Both the position numbers and the translations under genes were made by a program. Positions 1 to 8,157 of a stretch of 42,089 bases of DNA are shown here, in pieces; the stretch's first letter is position 1; each line of letters starts with the position of its first letter. Origin of the DNA: Bacillales bacterium (GTDB lineage: Bacteria > Bacillota_I > Bacilli_A > RFN20 > CAG-826); the NCBI GenBank assembly GCA_028726925.1, contig JAQYPI010000120.1, forward strand, positions 1 through 42,089, written 5' to 3'. Below the pieces are notes generated by a model that was not told the DNA's origin, did no database searches, and saw only the letters and a list, made by a program, of their open reading frames with translations.

Positions 1-255
1 GACGCGATCGCGTATTCCTTCACCGTCTCGGGCATCCAAGACGCCCCGCTTTGGTTTTGCGTATCTTCGCCCGCCAAGGCAGAGCGGTTCGAGATTCCCG
101 AGGATGGGTCTTACGATGGAGTAGTTCGGGGTCTTGGATACGAATCCGAAGTCGCTTGGTCCTTCGTCCTAGATAGCGAAAACGGGGACCCCGCGACCTT
201 GAAGGAAGGGTCTTTGACCCTCGTCCCCGTCACGAAAGGAGCCATGCATGAATAA
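1..255 (+). CDS. 3' end of an unidentified upstream ORF (partial, continues left of the window)
   Basis: Frame 1 is open from base 1 to TAA at 253-255 (...GSLTLVPVTKGAMHE*). GC-rich third positions match neighbouring genes. It overlaps the MscS start by 8 nt. No family recognised. Confidence 0.35.
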   Translation, partial: DAIAYSFTVSGIQDAPLWFCVSSPAKAERFEIPEDGSYDGVVRGLGYESEVAWSFVLDSENGDPATLKEGSLTLVPVTKGAMHE

Positions 256-1444
256 GCCAGAAATTTCTAATCAAAAAGCGATTCCCGATGCCGTTCCCGA
301 ACAGAAAACGCGCATGGGCAAATGGAAAAGCAGAAAACTCGGGAACCGCGTTTTCTTCGTGATGCGCATTCTCTTCCTTGTCATCGGTCTCGTGTTCTTT
401 GTCCTGTTCCTTTTCGGCAGGCAAGTCTTCGGGGGTGATTTCGCCGACGAGGTCTTTGGGCCGGGCAAAAATGGCTGGGACATCCTCTGGGATGGCATCG
501 TCGGGACGTGGAATTCTTGGCTGCTCACCCTCATCGCCCTCGCGGTGGCAAGCGTTTTCTCGATGATCTTCGATTTCGTCATCCGGGTCGTTACCCCGAA
601 AACTCGGCGCAGCAAGACCATCGTTTCCCTCGTTCGCTCCCTCACCCATTACGCGGTTGTGATCGTGACCGCGGGCGTTATCCTTTCCGCCTGGGGCGTA
701 AACGTGGCCGGCATCGTCGCCGGGGTCGGGATTTTGACCCTCGTCATCGGCCTTGGCTGCCAATCCCTCGTCCAAGACGTCGTCTCCGGGCTCTTCATCG
801 TCTTTGACGATTATTACGCGGTCGGGGACACCGTCATCATCGATGGGTTCCGCGGAACCGTGACTTATGTGGGCTTGCGTACCACCAAGCTCGAAGATGC
901 CGGCGGCAACATCAAATCGATCAACAACAGCGCTATCTCGACCGTCGCGAACCTCGCCCGTCTGGATTCCCTCGCCAAAGCCGAGATCGACGCTTCCTAC
1001 AACGAGGACGTGCGGCGCGTCGAGGCGGTTATCGCGAACAACCTCGAAGCGATCCGCAAGAAAATCCCGGCGATTACCGAAGGGCCGTTCTATAAGGGCA
1101 TCAGCCAATTCGGGGACGCGGGCATCACCTATCTTGTGCTCGCCAAGTGCAAGGAAGCGGATCGTTTCCAGGTGCAACGCGACCTCAACCGCGAGCTGTA
1201 TCTCCTCTTCGTCGAGAACGATATCCTCGTCCCGTACAACCAATTGACCATCAACCCGGCCGACCCAACGGATCGCCCGGCACCCACGGCCGCCGATATC
1301 AAAGCCGCTCAAAAGGTGACGAACGAAAACCGCGGCGTTGGTGTAACAAAGAAAAAACAGACCAACGAGACCTTCATGAAACGGATTGGCAAGACGGTCA
1401 AGAACGCCGCTCTAGAAAGTCTCGAGGCCAAAATCGACGAATAA
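248..1444 (+). CDS. MscS-family small-conductance mechanosensitive channel
   Basis: N-terminal TM helices followed by the MscS core QSLVQDVVSGLFIVFDDYYAVGDTVIIDGFRGTVTYVGLRTTKLEDAGGNIKSINNSAIS. SD AAAGGAG lies 5-6 nt upstream of the ATG. Confidence 0.9.
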   Translation: MNKPEISNQKAIPDAVPEQKTRMGKWKSRKLGNRVFFVMRILFLVIGLVFFVLFLFGRQVFGGDFADEVFGPGKNGWDILWDGIVGTWNSWLLTLIALAVASVFSMIFDFVIRVVTPKTRRSKTIVSLVRSLTHYAVVIVTAGVILSAWGVNVAGIVAGVGILTLVIGLGCQSLVQDVVSGLFIVFDDYYAVGDTVIIDGFRGTVTYVGLRTTKLEDAGGNIKSINNSAISTVANLARLDSLAKAEIDASYNEDVRRVEAVIANNLEAIRKKIPAITEGPFYKGISQFGDAGITYLVLAKCKEADRFQVQRDLNRELYLLFVENDILVPYNQLTINPADPTDRPAPTAADIKAAQKVTNENRGVGVTKKKQTNETFMKRIGKTVKNAALESLEAKIDE

Positions 1445-1462
1445 GAGTCGTTCTTGACCTTG

Positions 1463-1497
1463 CCGCCGGACAGCCCATTAGGTTGCCCGGCGGTTTT
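1463..1497 (+). terminator. Candidate rho-independent terminator after the MscS gene
   Basis: CCGCCGG (1463-1469) pairs with CCGGCGG (1487-1493) and is followed by TTTT (1494-1497). The loop is large at 17 nt. Confidence 0.45.
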
Positions 1498-1723
1498 CAT
1501 TTTGGAGACGGACCTTTTCAATTCTTACCCAGTAAAAAGGGGTGCTTGGAGAAAGGTAGCACGCGCACCGGAAAGCCAAAACCATGACGCCAAAAGGGGC
1601 GGATGGCAAAGAGCGCAAACCCGGATTATCTAGGAAACCGAAGGGATCAGAAAGGAAACTCAATGCCGTTTTGAAGGCTTTCAGACCATCGATGATAAAC
1701 TTCTTCTCATTCTCCGTCTTTAC

Positions 1724-1957
1724 CTAGCAGGCAATAAATAGACCGCAGAGGAATCCGTCCATGATCTTTTTCCTTCCTTGGAGGAACGCCTTCTCTCTCA
1801 GCCTGTGGGAAAGAAACGTTTTTTTATAATGCACTTTTCCTTTCATCCCATTGACTTGCAGATAAAACAATTCTTTTTCGAGTTTCCATTTTGACCTAAA
1901 TGGTTTTTTGTGCGTCTTCTCTTCTATGAACCACGATGAATGGTGACGAATCGCCAC
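1724..1957 (-). CDS. Small basic hypothetical protein (77 aa) in an AT-rich island
   Basis: GTG start preceded by GGAGGAG 8 nt upstream. The product is K/R-rich and matches no family I recognise. It could be a gene remnant. Confidence 0.25.
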   Translation of the reverse strand: MAIRHHSSWFIEEKTHKKPFRSKWKLEKELFYLQVNGMKGKVHYKKTFLSHRLREKAFLQGRKKIMDGFLCGLFIAC

Positions 1958-2102
1958 GGAAAAAACTCCTCCTAAACGTCTCGAAAATCAACTTGAAAGA
2001 GGAACAGATACCCCAAGATTCATATTTGTATAACTCTTTTACTTTATTTTTGGAAAACGACTTTCTCTTTATTTTGTCTATCTATTTTATTATATTGAAT
2101 GC

Positions 2103-3224
2103 ATGAACAATTCTTCTTTGAAAGACGCAAACACGAAAGCCCTTCAAACTTATGTGCTTTCTCACCCCGGCACTTCCCGGGTCGAGATTGCAAAAAGCCT
2201 GGGTCTGTCCAAGATGACCGTCACGAATATCGTCACAAGACTTTTGGCAATTGGTTATATCGAGGAGCGGGATGAAAGTCAAAAAATGTCAAAAGGCCGC
2301 CCCGCGAAAGGTCTTTATCTATCGTCGAATTCCCCAAAGTTGATCGGCATCCATGTTTCAAAAAGCAGCGTTACCATCGCTTTTTTGGATTTTTCTTTCC
2401 ATATCCTCAGCAAAAAGGCCTTCCAGGCCAACGAAGAAGCCCTTCCCGCTCTCCTAGACGAAATCGATCGCATCGCTCGAGAAAACCTTAACGTCAAGAT
2501 TGTTGGGATCGCTCTATCTTCTCCGGGCGATTCTTCTGATAAAAGCGAAGAAAAAGGCATTCTTTCGGAAGCGGATCTTCTTCGTCTATTGAACGAGAAA
2601 TACCCTCTTCCGGTCTTGAGGGTATCTGCGTTGGAAGCCGAAGCGTTAATGGAGCTCCAGTTCGGTTCTTTGAAAGACGTGTCAGAAGGCTTGTTCATCG
2701 AAGTGGGCGAGCATCTCCAAGCCATCATCGTCCACGAAGGGAAAATCCTATCCCTTCCAGGTCAATCAAAAGCGGAATTCGGACACATTTCCATCGATTA
2801 TAACGGCCTTTCTTGTGAATGCGGTAACCGCGGTTGCATCGAAGCATATGCTTCCACGAGCGCCATGGAGAAGAAACTGAGGGACATCACGAAACTGAAG
2901 ATCGATTTCCGCGGATTTTGCGAGCTGCAATCGAAGAAAAACGACTCTCGAATCGATTGGGCTCTCAAAGACATGATGGATAAGCTTGCCGCCGCTTTGA
3001 TCGGGTATGTGAACCTGCTTCACCCCTCCGTGATCGTCCTTTCTGGTGAAGGGGCTTATCTACCAGATCGCTATCTTTCACGCCTTGAAAAAACCGTCTC
3101 GGAAAAGGCGCGCGTTCAAAAAGGGGTCAAGGTGCCCGTAAGGAAGCCCGCGACAAAAGCGGATGCCGCTTTGCTTGGATCGATTATTCCTGCTATCAAT
3201 CAAATCTTAACGAAATCCTTTTAG
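2103..3224 (+). CDS. ROK-family transcriptional regulator (NagC/XylR-like)
   Basis: N-terminal wHTH (SRVEIAKSLGLSKMTVTNIVTRLL) plus the ROK zinc signature CECGNRGCIEAYAS. Confidence 0.85.
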   Translation: MNNSSLKDANTKALQTYVLSHPGTSRVEIAKSLGLSKMTVTNIVTRLLAIGYIEERDESQKMSKGRPAKGLYLSSNSPKLIGIHVSKSSVTIAFLDFSFHILSKKAFQANEEALPALLDEIDRIARENLNVKIVGIALSSPGDSSDKSEEKGILSEADLLRLLNEKYPLPVLRVSALEAEALMELQFGSLKDVSEGLFIEVGEHLQAIIVHEGKILSLPGQSKAEFGHISIDYNGLSCECGNRGCIEAYASTSAMEKKLRDITKLKIDFRGFCELQSKKNDSRIDWALKDMMDKLAAALIGYVNLLHPSVIVLSGEGAYLPDRYLSRLEKTVSEKARVQKGVKVPVRKPATKADAALLGSIIPAINQILTKSF

Positions 3225-3258
3225 TAAACTGTTTTTATTTTGTTCGTATAATACTTTT

Positions 3259-4080
3259 ATGAAATTATCAGTAGATAACAGAAGCATCTTCCTCCAAGCC
3301 TTGAAAAATCTGGAGGTATCCATCGGCAGAACCATTGTTTTCGCTTATCTTCAAGGCAGTCAAAACTACGATCTCGAAACCCCTTCTTCCGATATGGATG
3401 GCAAGGCTTTTTGCCTTCCTTCTCTCGATGATTTATATGATGGGAGTTTCCTTTCAAAAACCTTTGATTACCCCCAAGGGCAAATCACGATCCACGATGT
3501 CCGGATGCTGCCAGAACTTCTGGAGAAAATGAATCCAACGTACCTTGAATCTTTCTTCTCCTATGAACGTTTTTTCTTTGATGGAGCGATGGAGGATTTT
3601 CTTTCGCCTGCCACCTTCCGGTCGTTATTCGACACAAGGAAACCCATCCTTCTTCGATCGTTACTTGGAACCTTTCGGACAAAACTCGGAGAAATGCATC
3701 GCCCTTCCGCGATTCGGGTTCCGGTAATCGAGCAATATGGCTACGACATCAAATCAGCCAGCCACGCTCTCCGGCTTGCCCATCTCTTCTTTTCCATCAC
3801 GAACGACCCCTATGGCGATCCATTTACCGTTTATGAAAACGGGCTTCGCCTAAGCGGAAAAGCGAAGGACGTCATCCTGGGCGTCAAACTGGGTCAATTC
3901 AAAGAAATCGACATCCTTCCCTGGTTGGAGCATGCGGAATCCTTTCTTTCCTCCCAAGTCGATCTCCTCGCGAAAGAAAAAGTCACTTCCTCGGGCTTTT
4001 CAGAAAAACTCAAGAAAGTGGCTTTGGAGATGATCGGAAACGATTTCAGAATCAGGCTAAGACGTAATAGCAACGAATGA
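3259..4080 (+). CDS. Pol-beta superfamily nucleotidyltransferase (about 270 aa, PF10127/RlaP-like class)
   Basis: The G[SG]-x(9-13)-DxD signature is present as GSQNYDLETPSSDMDG near the N-terminus. The helical C-terminal domain is typical of this class. Confidence 0.7.
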   Translation: MKLSVDNRSIFLQALKNLEVSIGRTIVFAYLQGSQNYDLETPSSDMDGKAFCLPSLDDLYDGSFLSKTFDYPQGQITIHDVRMLPELLEKMNPTYLESFFSYERFFFDGAMEDFLSPATFRSLFDTRKPILLRSLLGTFRTKLGEMHRPSAIRVPVIEQYGYDIKSASHALRLAHLFFSITNDPYGDPFTVYENGLRLSGKAKDVILGVKLGQFKEIDILPWLEHAESFLSSQVDLLAKEKVTSSGFSEKLKKVALEMIGNDFRIRLRRNSNE

Positions 4081-5320
4081 ACTGAGCCATCTGCTCGATG
4101 TCCTTTTTGGCACACGTCTCGACGGCGCTGTGCATGGCAAGTTGAGGGATTCCAATATCCGCGCCGGCGAAACTGATTTCGCTGTTGCTGATATTCCCTA
4201 ACGTCGATCCGCCTCTCAAATCGCTGCGATTCGTGAATTCCTGGTAAGGCAATTCCGCGAGGGAGCAGATCCTTTTGACCACCGCGGCGGAATACCCATC
4301 GGTCGTGTAATGCTGCGCGGCATTGTATTTGAGGACGATTCCTCCGCCCAGACGAACGTCCGTGGTGGGATCGGAAAGCTCGGGGTGGTTCGGGTGATTG
4401 GCGTGCGCGTTGTCGACGGACAGATGGAAGCCATCCGCGACGGCGATCGGCAGGGCGTCTTTCTCGTCCCACAAGCACGCGGCGATTCGGGAAAGGGTCT
4501 CCTTCAGGAAAGTCGAATTCGCCCCCTGCCGAGTCAAGGAACCAACCTCCTCGTTGTCGAACAGGGCGTATACCGCGATGGCGTTGCCAGAATTCGCCGA
4601 TAGAAAGCCATTCAAAACGGAAAAGGCGGAAGATAGGTCGTCGAGGCGAGGGGACAGAAGAAATTCGTCTTGAAGGCCGAAAAGGCGCGGTTCTTCGCGA
4701 ACATAGAGGTAAAGGTCGTGAGAAAGGACGGTCTTTATCGAGGCGTCGTGGAGCGATTCCTTGAGCCAATCGGCGAAATTCGAATAGACGCCCTCCTTAA
4801 TTCCGCAAAGGGGAATGGTGTCGACGCCTTGTCGATACGCGAATCCGGAATTGATGTCGCGGTTCATGTGAATGGCAACATTGGGGATGACGCATAAGTC
4901 GCGCCCAACATCGAAGAGACGCGTTTCCACGCCTTGCTCCGTCTCGACGATGACTCTTCCCGCGATGGAAAGAGGGCGGTCGAGCCAAGAGGGAATGATC
5001 ATTCCACCATACCCTTCGACATTCAAAGCCAAGAGGCCTTTTCTTTCCATGTCGGGGTTCGGCTTGACGCGGAACGTGGGCGAGTCGCTGTGTGCGGAAG
5101 CGATCAGGAATCTCTTTGGTTTTGTCGCCGGGATGCGAAAGGCAATGAGGGAAGAATCGTTTCTTTTCACGAAATAGGATTGCCCCGCTTCTAAGCGATA
5201 CGTCTTTTTCTCGCTGAGGGAATGGAAGCCCGCGTCCAACAACGTTTTTTCAGCGAAAGCGACCGCGTGATACGAGCTATGCGACGCGGACATCGCTTCC
5301 ATAAACCATTTGAAATCCAT
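4052..5320 (-). CDS. M18-family aminopeptidase (aspartyl aminopeptidase-like)
   Basis: Motifs SAHSDSPTFRVKP, HLSVDNAHANHPN and GADIGIPQLAMHS. The start was moved to the ATG at 5320 (MDFKW...), which has AGGAGG 8 nt upstream. The track start at 5326 is a TTG inside that spacer. Confidence 0.9.
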   Translation of the reverse strand: MDFKWFMEAMSASHSSYHAVAFAEKTLLDAGFHSLSEKKTYRLEAGQSYFVKRNDSSLIAFRIPATKPKRFLIASAHSDSPTFRVKPNPDMERKGLLALNVEGYGGMIIPSWLDRPLSIAGRVIVETEQGVETRLFDVGRDLCVIPNVAIHMNRDINSGFAYRQGVDTIPLCGIKEGVYSNFADWLKESLHDASIKTVLSHDLYLYVREEPRLFGLQDEFLLSPRLDDLSSAFSVLNGFLSANSGNAIAVYALFDNEEVGSLTRQGANSTFLKETLSRIAACLWDEKDALPIAVADGFHLSVDNAHANHPNHPELSDPTTDVRLGGGIVLKYNAAQHYTTDGYSAAVVKRICSLAELPYQEFTNRSDLRGGSTLGNISNSEISFAGADIGIPQLAMHSAVETCAKKDIEQMAQFIRCYYVLA

Positions 5321-5379
5321 GATCAATTCCTCCTAAATCCTGCGCAAAGCGAATGATAAACTATGCAAAAACCTGAAAA

Positions 5380-5811
5380 TCAGCTCAATTTCCCTTCATA
5401 TAGAAGACGGGCGTCTTCCACGGCTTCGTAAAGTTTGAACAACCAGTTCCGGTCTTTCATAAGGTTCGCGCAACACCGGTTGTAGCTTCTCTCGAATTCC
5501 TCTTCGACATCGAGATAGCAAAAATGAGCATACACGTTATGAGCGTATTCGTTGCGCGTCTTCGTGACCAAGAACAGATATTCGTAATCGTGGTCGGAGA
5601 AGAAAGGTTTGGAGCGGCTGCGATCCAGTTCTTTCATCGCGGTGATGATCTGACCCATCGTCAACCGCTGCTCATCGATGTGGAGGCGATTCATCTGGCT
5701 GTTGCCCGGTTGCATGTGAGCGAAAATTCTTTTAATGTTTTCCTCGATGCATTGGCAATACATCATGATTTCGCCAACCGTTTGGTTGAATTGCTCAATC
5801 GGCATGTCCAT
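5380..5811 (-). CDS. Hypothetical protein, possible stand-alone HEPN-like domain
   Basis: 143-aa helical-looking protein containing TRNEYAH, an RNxxxH (Rx4-6H) HEPN-type motif. There is no SD. A TACAAT box lies 8 nt upstream of the ATG. Confidence 0.55.
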   Translation of the reverse strand: MDMPIEQFNQTVGEIMMYCQCIEENIKRIFAHMQPGNSQMNRLHIDEQRLTMGQIITAMKELDRSRSKPFFSDHDYEYLFLVTKTRNEYAHNVYAHFCYLDVEEEFERSYNRCCANLMKDRNWLFKLYEAVEDARLLYEGKLS

Positions 5812-5864
5812 ATGCAGGAATTGTACCCTAAACCGCGCTTAGAAGAACGGGGAAAGAGAGGTAA

Positions 5865-6632
5865 ATGATGAAAATCGCATCCTTCAACGTCAACGGGATC
5901 CGCGCGATCCTCCAAAAAGGTTTCGCCGATACCTTCGAGAAACTGTCTCCTGACATCCTTTTCTTGGAGGAATCCAAGTGGAGCGAGGACAGCCATGACG
6001 TTTTCCCCTTCATGCCGGAAGGCTATCTTTGCTATTGGACCGTATCCAAGGTCCGCAAAGGCTATTCCGGGGTCGTCGCCTACGTCAAGAAAGAACCTCT
6101 TTCCGTCCATTATGGCTTGCTCGACGGGAAATACGACGACGAGGGCCGCGTTATCACATTGGAATACCCTTCTTGCTATGTCGTCGGGGCCTATGTGCCC
6201 AACAGCGGGGATGGGCTCAAGCGCCTCTCCTTCCGTTTGGGCTTTGAAAAAGACTTGCTGGATTATTTCGCGGTCTTGTCGAAAAAGAAGCCCATCATCT
6301 ACACCGGGGACCTCAACGTCGCCCACGAGGAAATCGACTTGAAAAACCCGAAAGCCAACACGATGAACCCGGGTTTCACCAAGGAAGAAAGGGATGCGTT
6401 CACCCATCTACTCTCCCAAGGATACAAGGACACGTTCCGCGAGCTTTACCCGGATCAAGTCACCTATTCCTGGTGGAGCTACCGATTCCATGCTCGCGAG
6501 AAAAACGCCGGTTGGCGCATCGACTATTTCGTCGTTTCCGATTCTTTGATGGAAAAGGTCCGGGACTCCCAGATTCTCACGGACGTCATGGGAAGCGACC
6601 ATTGCCCCGTCGTGCTCGACATCGACCTGTAA
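5865..6632 (+). CDS. xth: Exodeoxyribonuclease III (AP endonuclease)
   Basis: MKIASFNVNGIRA..., GDLNVAHEEIDL and GSDHCPVVLDI are hallmark ExoIII/EEP motifs. Length is 255 aa. Confidence 0.93.
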   Translation: MMKIASFNVNGIRAILQKGFADTFEKLSPDILFLEESKWSEDSHDVFPFMPEGYLCYWTVSKVRKGYSGVVAYVKKEPLSVHYGLLDGKYDDEGRVITLEYPSCYVVGAYVPNSGDGLKRLSFRLGFEKDLLDYFAVLSKKKPIIYTGDLNVAHEEIDLKNPKANTMNPGFTKEERDAFTHLLSQGYKDTFRELYPDQVTYSWWSYRFHAREKNAGWRIDYFVVSDSLMEKVRDSQILTDVMGSDHCPVVLDIDL

Positions 6633-6651
6633 TCGGCACAAACGTAAAGAG

Positions 6652-6682
6652 GAGGATTCTCCCGTCGAGAAATCCTCTTTTT
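6652..6682 (+). terminator. Rho-independent terminator after xth
   Basis: GAGGATTCTC (6652-6661) pairs with GAG-A-AATCCTC (6667-6677, one bulged A), with loop CCGTC, followed by TTTTT (6678-6682). Confidence 0.6.
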
Positions 6683-6704
6683 ATGTGATATAATCGGGGG
6701 TACG

Positions 6705-8156
6705 ATGAAAAACGGTTTCTTCGAGGCTCTGAAGCCAAGCATCGATCACGCGATCCTCGGACGCGCGAAAGCGATTTACGAGTCCGGGAACGTCGTCATT
6801 TTGCGTGCGGATCAAGATTCCTTCGAAGCGAGGGTCCGGGGACAGGAAGTTTATCGGGTCGAGGGGAAATTCGGGCCCGACAAAGACCTCATGTACCTTT
6901 CCTGCACGTGCCCCTATTTCGAAAGGACGGGCGAAATCTGCAAACACGCGGCCGCGGTCCTCATGAGCCTTGAGGATGCCGAATTGCCCATCGTTCGGAA
7001 ACAAGCCCTATCCCCGGCAAGGGCCGGTTCCGACAAGACTTGGAATTCCTTTTTGGCCGAGATGGGGGCCCTTCGCTACAGCAATCAGCAACAATACTGT
7101 GCCACCCTCAAGACGATCCTTTTGGAAGCAAAGGGTAAGGAAGACGCGGAAACTTACGAAAAACTGCTCCATCGAGCCGGGGAACTCGCGATTCCCCGTC
7201 AATTCTTCGGGCAAAGCAATACCGCGCTCTTTTCCTTAATCGATTTCCTTTTGGCGGAGCATTCCATTGAGGACCGGTATCCCTTTTTCCGGTTTCTGTT
7301 CCAAATCGAGACGCGGAGAACGAATCGCGCCTTGTTCCAATACCTTCTTTCGCGTCCCGACAAGAAAGCCTATCTCACGCGCCTTGACGAGGAAGGTCTC
7401 ATCAATCCCGTCATTCTCCCGGATCTTGAAACGTTCCCCGACGACAACATCTACCTTTACGTAAGCGAGAACACGCTTCTACGGGCCGCAAGCAGCAAGG
7501 ACTACTATCGAAGCGGGTTCGGGCGCATCGCGGATGCCGCGAACCAAAAAGGCTATGAAAGGGTGTTCCAATATCTCCTCGAGCTGCCTCGTTTTGTCTT
7601 GACCCCGGAAGTGGATTCCATCCTCACGAAGCATTGGCTTTCGCTTCCCCCGGAGGAAAAGAACCTTTCGGTTTTCTTGCACGGAGCGGCATCCTTCGAC
7701 CCAGAATCTGCGCTCCTCATCCTTCAGCATTATCCCGCGGAGATGCGAAAAGCCCATTACGAGGAAGCCAAGGTTCTCGGACGCTTCACCAATTTCGAGA
7801 ACATCGAGCTCGCCTGCGGGGTTTATGTCCCATCCACCCTCACGAGTTTCTATCGCATCGGCATCGACACGCTTTGCCTATTTGAGGACGAGGTCCGAAA
7901 ATTCGACCGTTCTTTCCTCGTGAAAGCCTTGCCGAAGACGATCGCCCGGGAGATCAAGGCCTTGGAAAAGAATCCCAGGGTCTCGCCCTCGCGGATCCTC
8001 AAAGCCATCCAAAGCTATCAGGACATTCCCGAGGTCGTGATGCTCTTGCGCGACCCCTTGCTGGATACGCGGAGCAAGGAGAATTACGAGACGAGGCTCG
8101 CTTATCTTTCCCTCGTCGCGGACAAGCCCGAATTCGCAGGGCTAAGGAGGTATTGA
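6705..8156 (+). CDS. SWIM zinc-finger domain protein
   Basis: CxC...CxH SWIM signature CTCPYFERTGEICKHAAAVL, followed by a long helical C-terminal region. Its stop lies 1 nt before the SNF2 start. Confidence 0.85.
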   Translation: MKNGFFEALKPSIDHAILGRAKAIYESGNVVILRADQDSFEARVRGQEVYRVEGKFGPDKDLMYLSCTCPYFERTGEICKHAAAVLMSLEDAELPIVRKQALSPARAGSDKTWNSFLAEMGALRYSNQQQYCATLKTILLEAKGKEDAETYEKLLHRAGELAIPRQFFGQSNTALFSLIDFLLAEHSIEDRYPFFRFLFQIETRRTNRALFQYLLSRPDKKAYLTRLDEEGLINPVILPDLETFPDDNIYLYVSENTLLRAASSKDYYRSGFGRIADAANQKGYERVFQYLLELPRFVLTPEVDSILTKHWLSLPPEEKNLSVFLHGAASFDPESALLILQHYPAEMRKAHYEEAKVLGRFTNFENIELACGVYVPSTLTSFYRIGIDTLCLFEDEVRKFDRSFLVKALPKTIAREIKALEKNPRVSPSRILKAIQSYQDIPEVVMLLRDPLLDTRSKENYETRLAYLSLVADKPEFAGLRRY

Positions 8157-8157
8157 C

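Noticed and set aside
3259-5811. The nucleotidyltransferase plus the HEPN-like ORF as a HEPN/MNT toxin-antitoxin module.
   Set aside because: The genes are on opposite strands and are separated by an unrelated aminopeptidase gene. The NTase belongs to the large (~270 aa) class rather than the ~100-140 aa MNT antitoxin type.
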